From Ylistrum balloti (Eukaryota): a DNA stretch of 64,000 bases. The stretch spans positions 2,356,001-2,420,000 of the forward strand of contig NW_026782299.1 of assembly GCF_031769215.1 (NCBI RefSeq), given 5' to 3'. Every line of letters starts with the position of its first letter. Positions within the stretch are counted from its first letter, which is position 1. A model generated the notes under the pieces. That model worked only from the letters and a program-made list of their open reading frames with translations, had not been told where the DNA came from and ran no database searches. A program made the translations under genes and the position numbers. Shown piece after piece: positions 25,222-38,293 of the stretch.

Positions 25222-25337
25222 GTCAATCGTTCAGAAATTCCGTGGCGTTCTATGATAATTCTTTGATAATAGTCTTTTTCGCCCTGTTAGCTATCTCTTT
25301 TGACGTCATGTTTCGAAACACGCGAAATGGGTTTTCA
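25222..25337 (-). other. Candidate non-coding exon followed by a 54-nt intron (25168-25221)
   Basis: Acceptor tttttttctgtatttcctcAG, donor GAC|GTAAGT, and a downstream acceptor ttttcactaacAG. All three frames of the exon are closed. Possibly a 5'-UTR exon of the SK transcript. Confidence 0.3.
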
Positions 25338-28300
25338 CTGAGGAAATACAGAAAAAAAATCCTCCCAATAGTTTTACAGTACTGTGAAAGGAAGCAACGA
25401 AATTGTGATCTGAAATTACTGCAGTCAATATAAACAGTATATTCGTTGAGCTCATGGGTACTCCATTCCACGTATTTATAGGTTCAAGAACTTAAAAATT
25501 AGTATACCAAGAATATCTATACAGATACTATGTATATCTACGGAACCAACAGTACTAAATTTAAAAAAAACCGCAATAATGAGACCTGTATCCAACTGAT
25601 CGAACTGTGTGAATTTCACGCCGAAACCATTATATACGGCAAAGAGCCGGTTATAGAAGTTTACTGAATTTGACAGCTTAAAATCGAAACAGAGGCGGAA
25701 AGAAGACTGTACAAATCAGAATTTTGAAATGACGCTCGATACTTTATTAATTTAATGTTATTGCTATAATCTGTATTTTCGTGATATGTTCAGCATCCCA
25801 TCTGACCCTACAGATCATTGATTTGGTTTGTTTGTTGCGGTCAGTTCGACCGTGATAACCCCGTCTCCCTGGTGTGCAATTTCTCTTAGAAGCAAAAATG
25901 GTCAGCGTATATCATCCACACGGACAGCATGTATGACAAAGTTTGTGATTGTACGGATTCAGTAGGCGAACGTTTTTATTTTGGATGTAAAGAAATACTA
26001 TGGAGTGTTTTTAACGTAACGATATGATATATTAATGTATTCTGGCAACACCATTGTGTGGTGGCTTCAGTGGAACCCCTACTTACCTAATTACTTCTCA
26101 TAAATGCCACCTGTATCCCATCTAATCCAGTATACAACATACAAAGATATATTCACTTACTATATTAGCTTTATTGAAGCCTTTTCTATGTAGTACATAC
26201 AAAGCAAAACTTTTCAAACACATCGGAATGTTTAGTAGTTATAAACTTGGATTTTTTGCAGTATATTATTGTATATGTAAAGCATGAAACGTTTTAAAGT
26301 AATCGATAAATGTTTCTCAGATGAAATAGCTCCATTCACATTTGTGAACTTTTTGAGAACAAGGCTAGAGAATTTGGAGATATCGGATGAAACATGTTTA
26401 CTATTATAACAAAAAATATGCATATGTGTGTATTAATCAAGACATAGTTCAAAAATGCTTTCCAAAATGTATTGAGCAGATTTTCTCTTGAAGGGTGTGA
26501 AATATTTACATGGAAATAATGATAATTTCTGTAAGAAATATTCTGAGAAATATTTCTTTAGATGGTAGGGTATGAAGAATTAAGATAACACCCTGTTCAA
26601 GTATATCAGATTTATTCCAAATTTCTAACATACTTTTACCTACTAAACAAGTAGGTACCAATTTACCAATGTGCAATGACAGGTGCCTGAAATGATCTGT
26701 GTACATATAGACAGCAGTTTAATTGCGCCTCCTTGTCCAAGACTATACATCGGCTTAGTTGGAAAATGTGAATGGCCAACAGTACGTAGCGGAACTGTCT
26801 ATCTCATTACCAATAAACAGTTAACATCGTAATTCCCATACATATTAATTCCCCTCGTTTAGGGAGGTGTTTTCTAACTCAATAGGGTAATAAGACCAGG
26901 ATATTAGGTTCCCTGGAATGTGTCTTTCAATGGGTTTTTGTTATAGTTACCAGGCAAGGGTTTCGTGGTATTTTAAATAGTGTTGGGGATATTTCAGGGT
27001 GAATGCATATACGAAGAGAATTAATTATGGTATCTTAAATAAATTTGGCAATTAAGAAAAAAGACCTATTATTGATGCTCTGATATATTATTTAGAATGA
27101 AAACGCTGATATCATGCCGAAAACTCTAAAACCCCTGGCATTCTAAATATCATAGCATTCGTTCGTGCTTAAATACGTTGAAAATTTGTATCATGTCGTT
27201 GTCAAAGCTACCACAGAAGGCGTTCTCGGTATAGAGAGTTATTAATGTAAAGCTCGTGAATTTATGTTAAAACTAATGTATTCAATGAGACTGTACTTTC
27301 CGAGGGAATAACTTGTCTGAAGAGGTAAGTGATATTGCCCAGCAATTTATGTTACATGGGAAATTAGTTTATTATATATATAGATGACCTCGTGATAGCT
27401 GAAGTAATCTAAAAATCGTCAAGAGATAAATAGCAGCATCATAGTGAAACACAATACATTGAAAACAATAGCATGTAACCCAAGTATCAGTACTATACTG
27501 GTGACTGAGTCTTTAACTCCAGTCCATGTAAAATGAACGTCGTGATGAGAAAAAGATTGCTCATATATTTATCGAGATTTCGATTACCAATAATTTTACC
27601 GTGTTACTGTAACGTTCTAAAGAACGTCATTGCTATTTTCTAAATCATAAAAGTTTAGTGACATGATGGGCGTGATGGTGAGGAGGAAAAACTATGCCAA
27701 CCAGGATCATATTAAGATCCATTTCAAATCAATGACCTTTCAAATTAATTGTTAGCTAGCGAAGTTAGGTAGGGTTTAGTATAATTGTCAGAAGCATTCT
27801 GGCTTCAGTATGATCATATTGCCTGTATAGATTATCACGTAAAATACAAACGGGAACTCTTCCAATGTTTCAATTTTTTCATTCTATTCTACAATCAATG
27901 TTATAGAGTGAAATGTTTTAGATCTATTATTCTATTAGTTATGTAGTTTTAGGTTAGGGCTATATAAATACCTTAGCAAAAGTCAACATCGAGACAAGCG
28001 AGATTACCTCGTTACCCACTTTTTCGTTATAAAACTATTTTTTATTTTGTCTTAATGAGTCTGGGTTTACGTTTTGAGTCATGATCCTGATTTTTGTTTT
28101 GATTGGGTCATTATCTGCGTTCTTAGTTTTTTTATCCTTCTGTGGTTTAGTCATTTCATTATGGGCCATTTCTGGTGACGTCATTACACAGTGGTTATTG
28201 CTAAAACTTAAGTCCTATTATCCCTGGATAGTCTTATTAAGTTAAAGTGCCCCCTCTCCTTATAAGGTAGTGGAGTATTAACTTCTTGTCTTGATTTATT

Positions 28301-28575
28301 GAGATCGTATTAAAGACATAAAAGCGTATTGCACCTTTTCCTTTTAAATCAAGATTATAATGAATAAAATGCTGCATGATTCAGCTGTTTTGTCCCGGAC
28401 TGTTTTGGACTCGACAAGACATACATTATTGAAACCTTGGGGCAGACTGAGAAATATCGAAATTAACCGCAAGAAATTTCAATATCTAGATGAAGAGATG
28501 CATTATTATCCTACCGTTCACAGCCATGTCTCCCGTTTTAGCCTGGAAAGATCAGGGGAGATAACCTCGTGCCGA

Positions 28576-28598
28576 TTAGCACGTGCTAAACCGGAAGT
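28576..28598. promoter_or_regulatory. E-box palindrome adjacent to an ETS motif
   Basis: The 14-bp palindrome TTAGCACGTGCTAA (28576-28589) is immediately followed by ACCGGAAGT (28590-28598). Confidence 0.3.
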
Positions 28599-30257
28599 TC
28601 GATCGGAACTACTTCTGGATTGTAAACAAGCATCGTCTGCTAGCTATCGGTATCCTGAAGCATATACAAACTTAACATAACAGAATTGGTAACAATCACG
28701 AACTTCAAAGTAGGAAGTGTGGTAAGAGTATGTGCAAATGGTAGGATGGGGAAACTAGTTGACACTTCGCCCCATAGGAACATATTTCATGTCATGTCGA
28801 CAAGTGTACGCTTTGAAGTGACAGCGAGAAAAACTACTGTTTATATATGAATGTGGTATATATCGCATATGTTGATCCATTTCATTGATATATACTATAT
28901 GAAATACTATATTGTAAACGATTAATTGATAATTATCATCGATTTTTTTACTGTCTATATTATGTTGCGTAATGATTTACATGGAAACGGTGACGACATG
29001 AAACGTGAATGGTGATATTCAAGCGCCATTCAGACACTTGTACCGTGGATTTTTTTTTCTTTTGACGTCGTGTCGGAAATAATGGGGGGTGGGGAGAAAT
29101 ATAATTATCCCCTACACTCTCTCTAGGGGTGATTTATTTGTAGCCTCGGGCTCGGGTTAGACAACAACAAACATAATCACCCCTCGGGTGGATAATTCTC
29201 TGTCACACCCTCAGGGTAGGGGGAATTTTATTAGTCAATACGTCCCGTATGCCTATAAACATCGTTCCCTGTACTATTCTCGATGAGAAAAATGCATTTA
29301 TATGTAAACATTTCCTCGTTGTATACAACATTATATAGTCATTACGTCAAGTACAATGATGGTAATAATTAGTAATATGTGGTAATACACGAAAAATAAT
29401 ATAAATTTTACATCATCCTCTTACGTGTCTAGTCGTGTTAATGTCCAAACATTTTATCCAAAACCCTTCATCGGACAAAGTAATCTTTTTTTATATTTCC
29501 CCGACTGAAAACGCTGCCAGACACCTTGTCACTTTCGTGCATAATGCGATATAAGACATATATATCCCGTAAGATCAAGCAATCAGCCATAATGTCTATC
29601 AAATCAACACTATGAACAAGGGATTGCTCTTGTTATTTCTAATGCCAAACATACAGAAAAAATGTCGAGAGTTCTTATGAAGATTGTTTGACCTTACTTT
29701 AAATACAGAAAACCACACAATAACATATGTCGACTAATGTCTGTACTAATCGTTTGTGTTTAAAAGTGTGTCAATAAGTGAGCTTGTTACAGTGTCCTGG
29801 TCCTAGAGAGCCACTAGATGTGACAGGAGATTGGTTAGAGACTTAACCTGACAGGGCTACTCAGACATCAGCCATTACAGCCTACGTCATGCGTCAACTT
29901 TCATTACTAACTTCGTAAGGTCAACATCCGCAAATTAGACACAAAACAGGCCATTCTTTTAATTAGATAAATATCATTGTTGAGGAAAATCTGAAATATT
30001 CTTATGTTAATACAGAAATGTATTATTGTACTACATGTTTTTTCAATTGCAGGTCGTTTTGTCAAACGGATATTTTGCACTTTTTTCTCCACATTCAATT
30101 TTTCGAATTTGTATTTGCCTTGAACTGAAATATAAGTGACGTTGTATATAATTGTTAAAGCAGATGTTTGCATTGAGAGTAAATTTGATATATAGCAATA
30201 AGGCACTGTTATTGATATCTCGATTACAGACCGACAGGACCACGTTGTCAGCGAAAG

Positions 30258-30523
30258 CCAAGACATTGTTAAAGTAAGGGAGGATAATATTTCTGTCTGC
30301 CTAAGACATTGGTAAGGGTAAGGGAGGATAATATTTCTGTCTGCCTAAGACATTGGTAAGGGTAAGGGAGGATAATATTTCTGTCTACCTAAGACATTGG
30401 TAAGGGTAAGGGAGGAGAATATTTTTGCCTAAGGCATTGGTAAAGGTAAGGGAGGAGAATATCTCTGTCTGCCTAAGACATTGGTAAAGGTAAGGGTGGA
30501 GAATATTTTTGCCTAAGGCATTG
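30258..30523. repeat. 44-bp (some 40-bp) minisatellite, about 6 copies
   Basis: Unit CCTAAGACATTGGTAAGGGTAAGGGAGGATAATATTTCTGTCTG. Confidence 0.93.
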
Positions 30524-32220
30524 TTCATGAAGTTGTGTCAATGAACCTTACCGACACTGAATGGTGATTACTACTGATCGTGTGTAAAATCCTATTGTCT
30601 CCTGAAGAGGTCACTGACCCAGTTCTTGTACGACTTGTGGAGTTCATTAACACGCTAATGCCATTCCTTGTAATAATCATTATTGTATATCATAGAATCC
30701 TAATTAGCTTACGAACGATCATATAATACCACAAGGAAATACCCGTCTACTTTATTTGAAGAACAGTACTTTTTAGCTTCCTTAAACTTTAGTTAAACAG
30801 AATTAATGTAATAACAATTAGAGCAAAGGGTTTCCTTGCAATGCTTTCACAAAAACGTGTCCTTTGAAATACACGTAACCTTGAAATGACGCAACGCAAT
30901 TTTTCTTTTTTTTATCCGCTCTAACATTGATCAAACAGTTCTACGTCATAAGATATGAAGAAACTTCAATGTTCTTATAAACCCACACAATTATCTGTGA
31001 TATACTTGAGTACAACAGCGGTCTTCCTAGGACTTAAAAGTCGAACACACACGTAGATATTATATACAAAATCAATTGGATAACAGTTTCGGGCCTTTGA
31101 CGTCTTTATCGAAAATTAATATACCATACCAGCTTCCAATCAACATATATTCTTTATAAAGAAAATACATCCTACGTTAGTTACCGTTTCTATATTATTT
31201 GATCTGGGGAAAATGTTGTTAGTTTACTACAATAACTATTCATATTAAAGTCAAAACGACAACAAACACGGAACACATTAGCATCAATACTTGAATATTT
31301 TAAATGTGAAGAGTACTACATATATATATTTTTTATTAATATATATTTTCATTCTTGAATCTTATCCTCATCCATGAATAATTGTTTAATCCGTTAACAT
31401 TGTTTTACTTTGTTGGTTGCTATGTCAACGAATAACATACCGTAAGCATCTAGCCTATCATTAATTGAGTTGAAAAGTGTTTCCAAAGAACACAACCGCT
31501 GTATACTGTTAGATCCACAATATTCTGACAAAGCTCTGCCCGGGTTAAAATCGTCGAACCGCAGACCTTGCACCAATATGCGAGGTTGGTCAGAAGGACC
31601 TATTGACTAGGCCTGAGCTGGTGTAATCCTATTTCTCTTTGAAAGAAAATGTCCTAAATCCTAACGAGGATTTCCCAAGAGACTTTTAGTTATGTCCTCC
31701 AGTTTTGGACCCCAAACATTATTTACTGCATCCTTTAAAACAATCGAGTTCATCATTTTTTTTTTTAATTTTAAATGTTCTGTTTCCTTTACTTAATTTC
31801 CTTTTTGACGCTTTTTTCTTCTGTTTATCAGCACTTGCGAGAACGTTTATACTCAATGATATAATTATGTGTTTCGGGATTCATCAGAGCGATGAATACC
31901 AACAGGTTACCACGTGATAACAACATGATAAAAAATCGTTCCGAACAATATGCCCAACAGACGTCTTGATTCCAATGGTCAAGGCTGAAAGTTGGAATAT
32001 AACGCTACAATGAAATGATTCTTGACAACCTCAATATCTCCATGCAAAAAAAAATCGCAAATAACGCTGGTATTACGACCAAATTACATCGCAGCAGTTG
32101 AAAGTGGTATCGTAGATACGGGGTTGTTTGTCTCGTACCGTTGCAGCAACACCAAGTCATACAAACGGCTAATGGACCAAAACGGTCATCGGACTAATAT
32201 CAAACGAACTTAAACTACAA

Positions 32221-32470
32221 AGAGCCATAACTATGTTTAAGAAATCAAATCGGTCCCATTTTTATTAGGTCAACTGATATAGAGCTGCATATCAAGTTTC
32301 ATTCAATTCTGTTCATATTTACCTCGCGTAATCTAGGTCCATTGGTTATCATACTTCAAAGGGCCATAAGTCTGTAAATTACAGCTGAATCAGCCCCATC
32401 GTCGCTCACATCTGCGATTTTCCCAATATAAAGCTACATACCAAGTTTCAGTGATATTTGCACATTTTAA
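32221..32470. mobile_element. Possible relic of a pearl/HINE-type (Helentron-associated) non-autonomous element
   Basis: Two diverged units of about 140 bp with GGCCATAAC/GGCCATAAG...CAAGTTTCA motifs. These resemble the internal repeats of such bivalve elements, recognised from memory only. Confidence 0.35.
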
Positions 32471-35068
32471 ATCAAATTATCGTGAACACAAGAACAAGAT
32501 CACAATTAAGCATTTTCTCTGTATATTTGTTCATTTGTTTTTAACATAATTATCAGCCACTATGGTTTACAAGTGTGACATAGGGGTAAAGTGAAAGGTC
32601 AAAATAAAAATATGAGGGTTTCCTTCAAGGTTTTAAGACCGGTGGGCATTAACAATTCCCACTTCTAATCACTACATTAAGGCCCATCACATGAATAATT
32701 CAAATCTGTCACTTTATTCAAGCACAATATTTGGCCACTTGTCATATTTGTCGAAAATATTTGTTCTTGTGTTTTATTCTGTTAATCAACGTTCCGACTC
32801 GAAATCGATCGAATCCAGTCAAACGTTCACGGTATTCGATTGCTTGTTGGTTATTTGTATAAAACGACAGTATTCCTGCAAAAAACATCTTTAAAAGGTT
32901 ATACCATCCATATCTGTTATTATTCGAACCAAGGTAAACCTTCAAACTCGATCAAATAATTGATTATTACTTTGTTTGATCGTTTTTAATTTTGGTGTTA
33001 CAAAATATATAGACATATTTAGACATCATAGAAACTCATTATTTTGCAGACAATAATTAAATTTATTCCAGTCCTTTGTAAGTTCTAAAGTATTAAATTG
33101 CAACGGACACTTTTCAATTCATTGACGCTCTTGCTTTTCTTTTCTGCCATTTAAAGATGTCTTCCTAACCACCCAAGATTAACCATTTGAGAAAATAAAG
33201 TAAACACACGTTGTTAATCATGTTGTTGTGTGAAATGTTGAAATTTTTGTAAGAAAACAATCCATAACTCGGCCCATTATTTATGTTGACAAGTAAACTG
33301 GAAAAATGTCGTTTCAAGGACAACGATCTTCCAAAACAATGTTAAAATCCCACGCATTCGTATCATATTAGACAGGAAGTATCTGTCACTTTAAGGTAAA
33401 AACTTCTTTAATTCTGTAACTGTATTTTAGTAACTGTATATTATTCAAGATATTGCATGTATATTTAATTGCGAAAATTACTTTTTCTATTTGTAGGCAA
33501 TATAAAAAAAATGCAAACACGCGAATTATCACGGCTTTAATTTGTCCAAAATTGATATTACTTTAAATCTTTTTCCTCAAAAATAAATCCTATTACAGTA
33601 TCTATCTTTGCCGCTTTCGTATTGAATAGCAATAAAATGAACAGTTCTGTTTTTTCAATTGAAATACTTTGCGCGTTTATAATGTTTCAATGTGATAAAA
33701 GAAAAAGGCAGATAATGTTTACACATAATCGGGTTTTTTTATTCCTGGTCCAGTGTTACGGGAACAGGAAATAGGACCGTCCAACTATACGAATTTTGGG
33801 TGGTTCTGCTTGAGAGACTGTTGCAAAACTAAGCCATAACCAGTTTTCTATATGTACCATGTATTTACATGTTAATATCATGCCGTTCTGCTTCAAAGCC
33901 TTTCCATTAACATTTCAAATTTAGTGTCTAGCTGACGATTTAGAGACGTTTCGACATTTCGTTAACAAGTACAGCCCCCAAAAATCAATATCATAATTAA
34001 TATCGGTATCAAAAACCCCGCAAGAGAACCCGCAATACGTAAACACCTTCATAAGTCACAAATTGTTGTTATTTCCTTTCCCATGCGCTTTTGAATTAGA
34101 CATTGATTTAGGGGGAAAAATGATACATTGTACTTTTTGCTAATAGAATATCAGTGAATTTCATCGTCAGCGCGAAGAACAAAACATCGTACCTTAACCG
34201 AGACCTGCTATAAACAATTCCTGCCCACTCACTGGCTCCCGTACTTGTCTCTACCAGGCAAGCTGTATCCGGTTAAGCTGTCGGAAACATACCACGTCAT
34301 CATAACGACACTACTCCCACAAAACTGATAATACCTTTTTTCCCTTCAAAAGTCATTAGTTAAAACTCTGTGGCATGAATATGTCAGTAGACAAGCAGAA
34401 CTAACTCTCGAAAGTAACAACCCACCCCTACTCTCCACATGTAGTCTTTTATAACACAATCAGGACACTATCGAACGCCTTCTTTACTTGTATGAACTGT
34501 CAAGCGTCATACCGGATCGATTTGTGTATCAAAGGCCTTTATTGCCAAAGCTGGATCAAGGAAGGAGATGCATACAGGAAAAGTAGTTTTACCGAATTGT
34601 GCTTGGAGGCCAGAGGAAATCGATTGATGAGCTCGTTGATATCATTTTTGACACATTAATCATTGGTCTGTATATGAAAGCATCGCTTTCAATCATGGAT
34701 ATTATTCAGATGCTTAAAATATTTACATATCAAGAGGAGCTCATAGCATTTTGCATCCTATTTAATTAATAAGGAAAAATAATTTTACTGTTTTATTCTT
34801 TAGCGATTTGAACAATTACCAAATGTATAACCAAATAGATAGGCAATGTAACGTAATCCTCGCGCCTTATGGTATCTAATCCCCATTAAACCAAATCTGC
34901 AATAAGATTCCCGCCATTATCATTTATTCCTTAAATAACCTAAGCACTGCAAATCCTTAATTGTAAAAATAGCTCCTAAGTGAGCTCAAAATTGCAATTA
35001 GCTCCCTACCTTTATTACTGTGTTAGATTGTGCAAATGACACGAGTCAATAGCACCTTGACACAAAAA

Positions 35069-35100
35069 AACATGTGTTTTGTCCTTTTAGTACTCGTCAG
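35069..35100 (-). ncRNA. Highly degenerate hammerhead-like core
   Basis: CTGACGA GTAC TAAAA GGAC AAAAC ACAT GTT is close to the 10595 and 50692 cores, but stem I is absent. Confidence 0.25.
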
Positions 35101-37233
35101 AAAGGCCAAAGACCTAGATTGTGAAACTAAGGAAGCCAAAGAGTGCAATCCAAAGTGATCGTAGGCAATATAGAAATCTACATAGGGTAGGAGTATTAGC
35201 CCTATAATTTATCAAATTACGTACTTTTCATACCTCTGATAATTTCGTGAAGAATGTCAAATTCATATGTATAAATTAAATTGTGGCATACAGGCATACG
35301 TCCACCAACATTGTCTACCATCTTCAATATCGAAGAATGTAAACAAAGACACAGATGATTAGCACCTTTTAGCGCATATGTAGAAGCAACATAATGAATT
35401 GACTGTATCTCTTACAGCTGGTTTGTTCTTCTATGACTCCTCAGTGATAAGAAGGGCCTGAGCTCTGAGAGATTTCCAAAGCGATCAAAACTTTGCCAGT
35501 GGTCCAATCTCTCCAACATCCTTTAATTACAATTCATCACCAAAATCGTAAGAAAAGTCAAGCCCCATTTTACCTTAAAGCAACAGAAATAATACTGGTA
35601 GCCAAACCAAGTACCCCAATCATCATCAAAACGACAAAACTGTCTGTCTGTGGTGTTGCCGAGAAGCTGTTGTTTGGACGACAAAAGACTGGGTTAACAA
35701 CTGGTGTCTGGCTTGATCATTCTAAAATGAGACTGATGTCCAAGAACATAAAATATCTATACACATGTACTTCTCGTCCAGTCAGAGGTTACATGTTATC
35801 TCGTCGTCCTGTCTTCTATTATTTGTAAAATAGTTTCGTATAATAATTCTTGTTTGTACAGAAGACACACATAAGTGATAAGAACTTTCCACTATAAATA
35901 GACGGGGCTCATGCATCTCTAGGTTCCCTAGTTACGTATCAAAACTGTAGTAAGCTTGAATCTTTTAGTTCGAGACTTTAATTACTTTAATTTACTAATA
36001 CCATAAACGTACAACCACGTAATTGTTCATTACGTTTCATGGGGTGTATTATCATATATATTTTCTTCGGGGAGAAATCTAATACCGTTTTTAAACACAT
36101 ACTGATTTCTTTGTCTTCTTTGTCTACAAGTCACCCTGATTTGTATACCATTCTTCGATTTCCTAGACAAAAGCTCCTGTACTGAAGGAGACATGTCAAA
36201 CCTTTCCCGAACAGAATTGGCAGAGCAAGGAAACCTTCTGCCTAGAGGTACAGGAGATAGATTATCGAGATTTGATGCCATGTAGATGTACTATCACACA
36301 TATACGTTGCCCTGGGATATATGTAAGACATTCTAATGCATGTTATTGCAAGACCTGGACGAGACAATTATCCATGCTTATACTTCCAAATACGTTCGAC
36401 AAATTAGAGTAATATCATATTTCGAATGAGCATTCTGCTCGAGCTAATAAATCTGCTTCAGGATCAAGTAATAAGATTTTGTACTTTTTATAGGGTTACG
36501 ATCTCATTATCGACCAAATATTATAAGGTATCTTATATAACACTCTGTTGCACTTAATTAAGACAATATAATGACAATAATCAGATATAAAACCAATATA
36601 ATGACCCGATGTTATCATTACTAAAGGACGATTTTGCACACGCTGCCTTATCTGGTTTTAAGTAGCGATTCCCATATCAAATCGTTAATACGTCAGCGTG
36701 TGCTCGTTCCATGTGTGAAGTGCATGTTCTTTCTTGTAGCGATAATATGCTTTGAACGGTGTCTTTTTTCTGTAGTATTAATTCAATAGGGCAACGCAGA
36801 GAGAACTTCCCAAGATCATTTTAAAGTTCACCTGTGTTATTTTAAATGTACGGGCATGCCAGGAACAAGTCATTAAAAAATTCTGTGTGAAGGAATTGTA
36901 GCTTAAATTCCATGTCACAAATCCATAACAAACTCATTGCGCAAAAAAGTAATGTCGGACGTTGTGCTAATTGTAGTTCGTTTAAATGTGATATTCTAGA
37001 GGGCCGTCGCTATTGCTATTGAGTGTAATTTACTTTGAACTCTATAAATCCCGTAAGCATCGGAAGAAATTTCGTCATCGTCTTTCCTATCCAAATTATT
37101 AGACATTCTTAAAAATCAACCAAAAAGAAGAATATTTCAATATCAAAGACAATAAATAACTCTCTTTGTTGAGACTATTTGATTCTCATTGGTCATGTAT
37201 ATGTAAGTGATTGATCCTGAAAACAAATGCGTT

Positions 37234-38293
37234 GCGTTGTCCAATCCTTTTCCAAGCATCGTCACCTGGTGTGTTTTGGCGCGTTATCCACAATTATCTC
37301 CCAAGCATCGTCACCAGGTGTGTGTTGGCGCGTTATCCACAATTATCTCCCAAGCATCGTCACCTGGTGTGTATTGGCGCCTTATCCACAATTATCTCCC
37401 AAACATCGTCACCAGGTGTGTATTGGCGCCTTATCCACAATTATCTCCCAAGCATCGTCACCATGTGAGTATCGGCGCGTTATCCACAATTATCTACCAA
37501 ACATCGTCAATTGGTGTGCACTGGCGCGTTATCCAACAGTAAAATGCCAAATTGGTAAAAATATTCCGTTCTGATATCAAATGCAGATTAAATTGTAGTG
37601 ACTACAAGTCTTGTAAAATTCCACTATAAACACCATCCCAAACCATATCCGCGTTATCCACAATTACCTCCCAAACATCGTCACCTGGTGTGTATTGGCG
37701 CCTTATCCACAATTATCTCCCAAACATCGTCACCTGGTGTGTATTGGCGCGTTATCCACAATTATCTCCCAAGCATCGTCACCAGGTGTGTATCGGCGCG
37801 TTATCCACAATTATCTACCAAACATCGTCAATTGGTGTGCACTGGCGCGTTATCCAACAGTAAAATGCCAAATTGGTAAAAATATTCCGTTCTGATATCA
37901 AATGCAGATTAAATTGTAGTGACTACAAGTCTTGTAAAATTCCACTATAAACACCATCCCAAACCATATCCGCGTTATCCACAATTACCTCCCAAACATC
38001 GTCACCTGGTGTGTATTGGCGCCTTATCCACAATTATCTCCCAAACATCGTCACCTGGTGTGTATTGGCGCGTTATCCACAATTTTCTCCCAAGCATCGT
38101 CACCAGGTGTGTATCGGCGCGTTATCCACAATTATCTACCAAACATCGTCAATTGGTGTGCACTGGCGCGTTATCCAACAGTAAAATGCCAAATTGGTAA
38201 AAATATTCCGTTCTGATATCAAATGCAGATTAAATTGTAGTGACTACAAGTCTTGTAAAATTCCACTATAAACACCATCGCAAACCATATCCG
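37234..38293. repeat. 49-bp minisatellite organised into a 321-bp higher-order repeat (about 3 copies)
   Basis: Unit GCGTTATCCACAATTATCTCCCAAGCATCGTCACCTGGTGTGTATTGGC. A unique spacer of about 125 bp recurs at about 37535, 37856 and 38177. The ORF-track peptides at 37598 and 37919 are identical except for one residue. Confidence 0.96.

Noticed and set aside
31868-31887. Minus-strand CTGATGA ATCCC GAAAC ACAT hammerhead-like core
   Set aside because: Stem II is too short to form, and stem I and the cleavage triplet are missing.
37284-38130. Thirteen perfect TTATCCACA (bacterial DnaA-box) motifs at 49-bp spacing
   Set aside because: One 9-mer copied by tandem amplification is a single chance match. 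The context is animal DNA, with no bacterial genes or oriC neighbours.
37207-38216. Multiple plus-strand ORFs of 66-115 aa
   Set aside because: They are derived from the 49-bp and 321-bp repeats.
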